DNA of 12,654 nt, taken from contig JAEELL010000052.1 of NCBI GenBank assembly GCA_016282745.1, positions 1 to 12,654 on the forward strand. Reading direction: 5' to 3'. Within the stretch, counting starts at the first letter, position 1, and every line of letters begins with the position of its first letter. This document shows positions 1 to 6,130 of this stretch, piece by piece. A program made the position numbers and the translations under genes. The DNA comes from Lachnospiraceae bacterium. Lineage in GTDB: Bacteria > Bacillota > Clostridia > Lachnospirales > Lachnospiraceae. Under the pieces are notes generated by a model, which was not told the origin of the DNA, ran no database searches, and saw nothing but the letters and a program-made list of their open reading frames with translations.

Positions 1-1049
1 TATAGAGGGTGGAAGTGCAGGAAGAAAGATTGGAATCCTTGATAGGGATGTATGCTTTGGAAATAAATTATGCACTTTCAATTCTAAAGAGATTGTTAAT
101 AGATATATTTATTACTATCTCCAAAGCTATGAGTTTAAGGCATTTTTTATGGATAATATGTCCGGAATTATTGGCGGCGTAAGTATAAAAAAACTTAAAG
201 AGCTTCCAATTCCGGTGCCTACTGTGCCTGAGCAAAAAGCAATAGTTGCCAAGATAGAGGAACTTCTACCTTATGTAGACCGCTATGCCGAGGCTTATGA
301 GAAGCTGGAACAGTTTAATGCCAAGTTCCCGGAGGATATGAAGAAGTCTATCCTTCAATATGCAATTGGTAGAGCAGAGAGCTGAAGAAGGAACGGCTGA
401 AGAACTGTATCAGCAGATTAAGAAAGAAAAGCATAAGCTAATACAGGAAGGAAAAACAAAGAAAGGAAAGCCTTTTGCGGAAATCTTGGGGGATGAGATA
501 CCATTTGATATTCCAGAGAGTTGGAAGTGGGTTAGATTGATTGATGTAGTAGTGGATAAACCTACAAATGGTTATTCGCCTAAAGGTGTTGATTATGTCA
601 CGAACTATAAGAACCTTACACTGACAGCAACTACCGCAGGATATTTTAAATATGATGCGTTTAAATATGTTGATATTTCAGGAGAAGAAGCAGAAAAATA
701 TTGGTTAAAGCATAATGACATATTAGTTCAGCGTAGCAATTCGAGAGAATTAGTAGGAACCAGTTGTATATATGACGGTAACGATGACAAATATATATAT
801 CCTGACCTGATGATGCGGTTTCACACCATGCCAAACATATGTGTACAGTATATTGATTATGTATTGAAGTCGCCCTTTGTAAGACAATATTATTCAAAAA
901 ATGCGACAGGAACTTCAGAAAGCATGCCTAAAATAAATCAGGCAATAGTTTCATCCACTTTAATTCCGTTGCCACCTTTGGCGGAGCAATATCGAATTAC
1001 TGCAAAGATCGAAGAACTTCTGCCTTATTGCGACAAACTGAATAAGTAG
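1..1049 (+). pseudogene. hsdS: Type I restriction-modification specificity subunit HsdS. The 5' end lies outside the window and the gene is interrupted by a frameshift in the central conserved region (ORF fragments 2..385 and 360..1049).
   Basis: Frame 2 is open from nt 2 and reads ...GNKLCTFNSKEIVNRYIYYYLQSYEFKAFFMDNMSGIIGGVSIKKLKELPIPVPTVPEQKAIVAKIEELLPYVDRYAEAYEKLEQF...SILQYAIGRAES*. After the stop at 383-385 the homology continues in frame 3 (QLVEQRAEEGTAEELYQQIKKEKHKLIQEGK..., a second target-recognition domain, then the distal conserved repeat LIPLPPLAEQYRITAKIEELLPYCDKLNK*). The two near-identical LP..P..EQ..I..KIEELLPY motifs are the hallmark conserved repeats of HsdS. The frame switch falls inside the conserved ...LQYAI(QGK)LVEQ... 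helix around nt 355-375. Confidence 0.8.
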
Positions 1050-1057
1050 TATTTATA

Positions 1058-1093
1058 CGGAGATGGGAACTTAGTCCATCTCCGCTATTTTTA
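1058..1093 (+). terminator. Rho-independent terminator downstream of hsdS
   Basis: Perfect 9-bp stem CGGAGATGG (1058-1066) / CCATCTCCG (1076-1084) with a 9-nt loop, followed by CTATTTTTAT. It starts 9 nt after the hsdS stop. Confidence 0.65.
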
Positions 1094-1290
1094 TGTATTT
1101 ATATACTGAAGCACGGGAACAATCCATAATACGAGCCATCTCAGATATATTGATATTGCCTGTCTTATACATCTGATAATATTTCCAGAACTATTTTTTA
1201 AATTCAAAATATTATGATACATATAGGTTGCATTAAGTATGTCAAAAAGCAATAGCGAAAATCGGTGGAAGTGCTCGATTTTTCGGTATT

Positions 1291-1392
1291 TGAAAAAAAG
1301 TAAAAAATAATGGACTTTTTGAAAATCCACTTCAAATGCCCGAAAATACTGATAAAGTACATTTTATAAAAAGTGTACTTTATTTTTATTAT
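1291..1392. repeat. Left copy of a ~100-bp direct repeat (partner at 9664-9766, about 93% identical). Contains a palindrome AAAGTACA-N12-TGTACTTT.
   Basis: Direct alignment: tgaaaaaaagtaaaaaataatggactttttgaaaatccacttcaaatgcccgaaaatactgataaagtacattttataaaaagtgtactttatttttatt versus the 9664-9766 copy. There is one single-base indel, two mismatches (tcc/cac) and three changes in the palindrome spacer. It embeds TTCAAA(1331-1336)-16nt-TAAAGT(1353-1358) and an inverted repeat AAAGTACA (1354-1361) / TGTACTTT (1374-1381) followed by a T-run. Confidence 0.85.
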
Positions 1393-1609
1393 AGTCAAAT
1401 AAATAACCATAAATAAAGTTCATTTTTAATGCTTGCCAAATGATAAATGATAGAATAATAAAGTAAAATTATAAATTCTAAATATCCATATATATTTTTC
1501 CCAATTTCGAAATAAAATATGATAGAATTATCTTATAAATTAATGATCGGATAAAGCAATAAATTTATACAACTTTCAAACATTCGTCTCTAGGATAGGA
1601 GGAATGCTT

Positions 1610-3520
1610 ATGACTATATATAAATGTAAAATGTGCGGTGGGAATCTAGAAATAAAAGATGGTGATTTAACATGTACATGCGAGTATTGTGGAACTAAAC
1701 AAACCTTGCCCAAACTCACCTCTGAAATAAAAGCCAATCTTTACGACCGAGCAAATCATTTTCGTAGAAATAATGATTTTGACAAAGCCATGAGTATCTA
1801 TGAAAAAATTCTAAACGAGGATAAGACCGATGCAGAAGCATATTGGTCTTTGGTTTTATGTCTTTACGGAATCGAGTACGTCAAAGATCCTCAAACAGGT
1901 AAAATGATTCCAACTATTAACAGAACTCAGTACACATCTATCTATTCTGACGAAAACTACAAATCAGCAATTCATTACGCAGATTCTATGCAGAAATCCA
2001 TATATAAAGAAGAAGCAAAAACTATAGATTCCATACAAAAGAACATTCTGGAGATTTCAAAAAAAGAAGAACCTTTCGACATTTTCATCTGCTATAAAGA
2101 AACTGATGATAGTGGAAGAAGAACTCCTGATTCCGTACTTGCAAATGACTTATATCATCAGTTAACAATCGAGGGTTACAAAGTATTTTTCTCTCGAATC
2201 ACATTAGAAGACAAACTGGGCACTGCTTATGAACCGTATATTTTTGCTGCTCTTAACAGTTCTAAAGTTATGGTTGTAATTGGCACAAAACCTGAATATT
2301 TCAACGCAGTATGGGTAAAAAACGAATGGAGCAGATATCTCACTTTAATCAAAAACGGGGAAGATAAAACTCTGATTCCTGCTTATCGTGATATGGACCC
2401 TTATGATTTACCTGAAGATTTCAGTCACCTTCAGGCACTTGATATGTCTAAACTTGGCTTTATGCAGGACTTAATCCGAGGCATCAAAAAAATTGTAACT
2501 CAGAATACTATTCCACAAAACGAAAAAGTAATTAACTCAAATACTGATTTACAACAACAATTGGAAATGCTCCAACAACAATTAAAACAACAACAGTTGC
2601 AATCCAACAGCAATATAACTGCGTTACTTCAACGTGGGAATATGGCTTTGGAAGATAAAGACTGGAAAAAATCTGATGATTTTTTTGAAGAAGTGTTAAA
2701 TCAGGATGCCCAATGTGCTGAGGCATATTTAGGAAAATTACTTGCAAAAAACACTTCCACAACTTTCGACGAATACATTGATAGCATCATAAATAAATAT
2801 GATAAACCAGAAACAAAAATGATTGAAGTTTGTAAACCAAATCAAAATCACATTGAAAAAATAGCAAATGAATATTATATTCCAAGCTATTATGAAAAGA
2901 AAGATATAATAGCTGAATACTATAAATTTGATAGAACTATTGAAATAATTGATATAAATTCCATTTTAAAAAATAAAGATGATGCAATTAATCATATTAA
3001 GCAAGATTCTTTATTTAAGAGAACACAACAGTATGCCAACAATAAAACTTTAGAAATAATAAATTCAGGATTAGCAAAAATAAACGAGCATTATGAACAA
3101 AATCGTGAAACAGCTGAAAAACACAATAAAAATGAAATTTTCAATCTAACTGATAAATATAATAAACATATAAAAGCAACTGATGAAATAATAAAGAAAA
3201 ATAAGGTGAAAGCAATAGAACTTATGGAGCAAAATTATCAAAGAGCTATTGAAATGTTTAATATTGCAAACTCATTATGGGATTACAACAGTGTAAAAAC
3301 AGAATTTATGAATCTAGCAGAATACAAGAATGCAACTGAATTCATACAAAAATGTAACGATTATATAGAAATGTATAAAAAAAATCAAGTATATTATGAT
3401 CTTGAAAAAGTAATAGCTTTTGAAAAAAGCAAGAGGAAACAAGATACAGTAGTTATTGCTATTTTTATAGTAGTCCCGATTATACTTATATTAGTCATAA
3501 TCATTATAAATAATTTCTAA
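1610..3520 (+). CDS. Large TIR-domain protein (paralog 1). Layout: N-terminal zinc ribbon, TPR-like helices, TIR domain (about nt 2072-2495), a second TPR-like segment, Q-rich coiled coil, long helical region and a C-terminal transmembrane anchor.
   Basis: AGGAGG at 1597-1602 is 7 nt before the ATG at 1610. The track ORF starts at 1604 in the same frame, only 1 nt after the SD. CxxC...CxxC motif: KCKMCGGNLEIKDGDLTCTCEYCGT. TIR motifs: FDIFICYKETDDSG (box 1), GYKVFFSRITLEDKLG, IFAALNSSKVMVVIGTKPEYFNAVWVKNEWSRYL with a conserved Glu in the WxxNEW position. TPR-like segments AEAYWSLVLCLYGIEYV and LLQRGNMALEDKDWKKSDDFFEEVLNQDAQCAEAYLG. C-terminus VVIAIFIVVPIILILVIIIINNF is a hydrophobic helix. 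About 55-60% identical to the 6131-8536 protein across the first ~300 aa. Confidence 0.8.
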   Translation: MTIYKCKMCGGNLEIKDGDLTCTCEYCGTKQTLPKLTSEIKANLYDRANHFRRNNDFDKAMSIYEKILNEDKTDAEAYWSLVLCLYGIEYVKDPQTGKMIPTINRTQYTSIYSDENYKSAIHYADSMQKSIYKEEAKTIDSIQKNILEISKKEEPFDIFICYKETDDSGRRTPDSVLANDLYHQLTIEGYKVFFSRITLEDKLGTAYEPYIFAALNSSKVMVVIGTKPEYFNAVWVKNEWSRYLTLIKNGEDKTLIPAYRDMDPYDLPEDFSHLQALDMSKLGFMQDLIRGIKKIVTQNTIPQNEKVINSNTDLQQQLEMLQQQLKQQQLQSNSNITALLQRGNMALEDKDWKKSDDFFEEVLNQDAQCAEAYLGKLLAKNTSTTFDEYIDSIINKYDKPETKMIEVCKPNQNHIEKIANEYYIPSYYEKKDIIAEYYKFDRTIEIIDINSILKNKDDAINHIKQDSLFKRTQQYANNKTLEIINSGLAKINEHYEQNRETAEKHNKNEIFNLTDKYNKHIKATDEIIKKNKVKAIELMEQNYQRAIEMFNIANSLWDYNSVKTEFMNLAEYKNATEFIQKCNDYIEMYKKNQVYYDLEKVIAFEKSKRKQDTVVIAIFIVVPIILILVIIIINNF

Positions 3521-3599
3521 TATTATTATTTTTTTATTGTTCTACATATCAGAATAAATATATATGATAAATTAGTATTATGGAAAACGGTCGGATAAT

Positions 3600-3626
3600 T
3601 TGACAAAATACAACTACATTTAATAT
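3600..3626 (+). promoter_or_regulatory. Candidate sigma-A type promoter upstream of the 3686-9530 gene string
   Basis: TTGACA (3600-3605), 15-nt spacer, TAATAT (3621-3626). Perfect -35, acceptable -10, short spacer. Sits in the AT-rich gap after the first TIR gene. Confidence 0.3.
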
Positions 3627-3685
3627 CGTCTCTATACCCGGATTCAAATGAATTAATATACAAATGTAATGAACAAATAAGAATA

Positions 3686-3940
3686 ATGACTGAAAATGAA
3701 AAGAAATCCAAAACAAAAAAGAAAAAATTATTTATAAGTGCAATTACATTTTTATTATCATTCTCAATAATAATATATATCTATATTCCATTAAGATTAC
3801 TACAAGATAACTATAATAAATCAGTTAAACAATTAAATTCTATATCTGCTGGTTCATATCATACAGTTGCACTTAAATCTGATAGTACCGTTGTAGCTGT
3901 TGGTGATAATGAAGATAACCAATGTAGCATATCGGATTGA
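3686..3940 (+). pseudogene. Remnant ORF: N-terminal signal-anchor/TM segment plus a single RCC1-type blade. Probably a decayed fragment of an RCC1 propeller like the one in the 6131-8536 protein.
   Basis: ...SISAGSYHTVALKSDSTVVAVGDNEDNQCSISD* is near-identical in pattern to one blade of the downstream paralog (SRNHTIGLKSDSTVVSTGFNEYGQCAVSDWSGI). The ORF stops at TGA exactly where the paralog has TGG (the Trp of ...SDW). Similarity to the paralog ends after that point. No convincing SD precedes the ATG at 3686. Confidence 0.45.
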
Positions 3941-3994
3941 GAAAATATCGAATTTCCCAAAATGAAATAATTAAACAGAAGGAGGTACACAACC

Positions 3995-5404
3995 ATGTTA
4001 ATAAACAAAGGAAAAGATGATGAAATGATTAGCGTAATAAAACATGAGGGAAACAATGATGTATTCATTTGGAAACATCCAATTGAAGATTTCAATTATG
4101 GAACTCAATTAATAGTACACGAGAGTCAGGAAGCTATATTCTTTAGAGACGGACAGGCCTTGGACTTATTTGGTCCGGGACGTTATACACTTGAAAACCA
4201 GCAGTTACCACTTCTTCAAAATGCATACAATATTCCTTCAAACTCTGCTGATGCATTCCATTCGGAAGTTTATTTCATTAACAAAACTGTACAAATGTCC
4301 ATTAAATGGGGAACTCCTGACAAAGTGCGTTTTATTGATCCACTCAGTAATACGCCACTTGAACTTGGAGCATCAGGAACTATGAACTTACAAGTTCATA
4401 ATTCTAGAAAATTGCTAGTAAAATTAGTAGGAACAACATCCGGCATTGCATGGGACGATAGTAGCCAATACGCTAAGTCATTGCAAGAATCTTTCAGACC
4501 AATGATTGCAAATGCAGTAAAATCAAATCTTCCTGCGATTATTAAAAATGAATCAATTGATTTGTTAGAGATTGATGAAAAGTTAGATTTAATTTCAAAT
4601 GATTTGAAATTAAAGGTTAATCCTGAATTTGAGGAGTACGGTCTTACTATTCCACAGTTCTACGTAACCAATATCGTATTACCTGAAAACGACCCTAATT
4701 TCAAGAGAATAAGAGAACTACATACCATATCGCTCCAAACCAGAATGATTCAGGCTGAGGCAACAGTAAAATATGCACAGGCTGAAAGTGAAGCTAAGTA
4801 TAAAGCTGCGCAAGAGCAAAGTAAAGCAACTATTGAAGCAGCACATCGAGAAGCTGAATTACAAAGGCAATTAACAGAAACCGAGATTGCAAAACGTGAA
4901 GCTGAACGAAGAATTATTGCTTCACAGGCTGAAGCCCAAGCTGCAAAGTTGCAAGGCTTAGCAGAAGCAGAAGTAATGCGTGCTAAAGGTTATTCAGAAA
5001 AAGATGTTATTCAGGCTGAAGTTCAAAAAGCTTATGCCGAAGGTATTGGTAATATGGGACCTTCCATTTCCGGTGGTGGAGGAGGAAGTATTGTTGGTGA
5101 TGTTTTGGGACTGGGTGTTGGAATTGCAGCTGCAGGAAATATTGCCCCTCAAGTTTCAGAAATGATAAAAGGAATATCACCAAATAATAATTCAACTAAT
5201 ACCATTCCTACTCAACCACAGATAAACTTTGACACATGGCAATGTAGCTGTGGAAATGCAAATGCAACAGGAAATTTCTGCAACATGTGCGGAGTAAAGA
5301 AACCTGAGCAAAATATAATATCTGATGCTTGGGATTGCAGTTGTGGTAACACGGGTATTATCGGCAACTTCTGTAACATGTGCGGCAAAAAGAGAGGAGA
5401 ATAA
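3995..5404 (+). CDS. SPFH/Band-7 family protein (YdjI-like, Band_7_1 type). Central Ala/Glu-rich coiled coil, Gly-rich linker and two tandem C-terminal zinc ribbons.
   Basis: GAAGGAGG (3976-3983) upstream of the ATG at 3995. N-terminal region VFIWKHPIEDFNYGTQLIVHESQEAIFFRDGQALDLFGPGRYTLENQQLPLL... resembles the B. subtilis YdjI family (COG4260, 'putative virion core protein'). AEATVKYAQAESEAKYKAAQEQSKATIEAAHREAELQRQ...AEAQAAKLQGLAEAEVMRAKG is the typical SPFH/flotillin coiled coil. Two 24-aa repeats at the C-terminus: WQCSCGNANATGNFCNMCGVKKPE and WDCSCGNTGIIGNFCNMCGKKRGE (CxC..CxxC zinc ribbons). Confidence 0.75.
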   Translation: MLINKGKDDEMISVIKHEGNNDVFIWKHPIEDFNYGTQLIVHESQEAIFFRDGQALDLFGPGRYTLENQQLPLLQNAYNIPSNSADAFHSEVYFINKTVQMSIKWGTPDKVRFIDPLSNTPLELGASGTMNLQVHNSRKLLVKLVGTTSGIAWDDSSQYAKSLQESFRPMIANAVKSNLPAIIKNESIDLLEIDEKLDLISNDLKLKVNPEFEEYGLTIPQFYVTNIVLPENDPNFKRIRELHTISLQTRMIQAEATVKYAQAESEAKYKAAQEQSKATIEAAHREAELQRQLTETEIAKREAERRIIASQAEAQAAKLQGLAEAEVMRAKGYSEKDVIQAEVQKAYAEGIGNMGPSISGGGGGSIVGDVLGLGVGIAAAGNIAPQVSEMIKGISPNNNSTNTIPTQPQINFDTWQCSCGNANATGNFCNMCGVKKPEQNIISDAWDCSCGNTGIIGNFCNMCGKKRGE

Positions 5405-5407
5405 ACT

Positions 5408-6100
5408 ATGAGTAAAAACGAAATAAGAACTTATGTTGTTTTATGTATTATATTTATTGCATTTTCTTCAATTGCATTTGCTGCTCCATTTGATAAAAAT
5501 ACAGTCTTTGGGGTTGCCTATCTGTTTGGTGTATTATCAATTTTAGTACAAATTTATGTTTACAAAGTGGCATACATTGAAAAAGGTAATGCAAGAAGTG
5601 CATTCTACGGACTTCCGATAATCAATATTGGTCTAACATATATAACTGTGCAGATCATAGTTAGTATTATTGAAATGATAATAGCGAAAGAGATTCCTTT
5701 ATGGCCTGTAATTATCGCAAACGTAATTATTCTAGCAATAGCATCTGTTGGTTGTATTGCAGCCGAAACAGTAAGAGATGAGATTGTCCGACAGGACACC
5801 AATGATATACAAAACAAAGTCCAGATCATGAGAGAACTCCAATCCATTTCAGGTTCTCTTGTAACTCTGTGCACAGATGATAATCTGAAAAAAGAGATCC
5901 AAAAACTAGCTGATGAATTTCGATACAGTGATCCAGTTTCAAGTGAGCAAACCTCTGATCTTGAAAACCAGCTAAAATCAAAATTGAATGAACTTCAAAA
6001 ATTAATAAGCGCAGGCAACTTTGATAATTCAAAAGGGCTGTGTGCTGATATTCTATCAACATTAACTGAAAGAAACAGAATCTGTAAGAATAGCAAATAG
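5408..6100 (+). CDS. Integral membrane protein (about 4 TM helices) with a C-terminal cytoplasmic coiled-coil tail. Probably translationally coupled to the SPFH gene.
   Basis: SD AGAGAGGAG at 5391-5399. Start lies 3 nt after the SPFH stop. Four hydrophobic stretches (VVLCIIFIAFSSIAFA, FGVAYLFGVLSILVQIYVY, LPIINIGLTYITVQIIVSIIEMII, WPVIIANVIILAIASVGCIAA), then a charged helical tail ...KEIQKLADEFRYSD...LENQLKSKLNELQKLI. No family recognised from sequence. Confidence 0.75.
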   Translation: MSKNEIRTYVVLCIIFIAFSSIAFAAPFDKNTVFGVAYLFGVLSILVQIYVYKVAYIEKGNARSAFYGLPIINIGLTYITVQIIVSIIEMIIAKEIPLWPVIIANVIILAIASVGCIAAETVRDEIVRQDTNDIQNKVQIMRELQSISGSLVTLCTDDNLKKEIQKLADEFRYSDPVSSEQTSDLENQLKSKLNELQKLISAGNFDNSKGLCADILSTLTERNRICKNSK

Positions 6101-6130
6101 TTTATTAATAATTGAAGGGCGGATGAGCGT

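Noticed and set aside
661-897. Minus-strand ORFs embedded in + strand genes (661-897, 2532-2762, 3859-4095, 5007-5195, 5605-5874, 5826-6062, 5995-6234, 8549-8812, 11911-12102, 12281-12628)
   Set aside because: All lie antisense within well-supported + strand genes. They have low-complexity F/I/L/K/N-rich translations typical of AT-rich antisense frames and no RBS.
1091-1410. Minus-strand ORFs 1091-1330, 1204-1410 and 9521-9802, which share the peptide stretch KMYFISIFGHLK.IFKKSIIFYFF
   Set aside because: The shared peptide is just the antisense read-through of the ~100-bp DNA direct repeat. There is no SD and the composition is junk-like. Interpreted as non-coding repeat DNA.
1400-1600. Possible promoters for the first TIR gene in the AT-rich leader (for example TTGCCA-17-TAATAA at 1433-1461, TGaTAGAAT at 1520-1528)
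   Set aside because: The region is so AT-rich that several near-consensus hexamers occur by chance. None is convincing enough to report as a feature.
2545-2600. CAA-rich stretch (caacaacaattg...caacaacaattaaaacaacaacag)
   Set aside because: It looked like a microsatellite, but it is imperfect and in-frame. It encodes a Q-rich coiled-coil linker (QQQLEMLQQQLKQQQLQ) in the first TIR protein. It is not a CRISPR or SSR locus, though mild slippage potential exists.
4170-4385. Same-strand alternative-frame ORFs inside larger genes (4170-4385, 4980-5165, 6453-6728, 11727-11918)
   Set aside because: They are fully nested in strongly supported longer ORFs in another frame. No independent signals.
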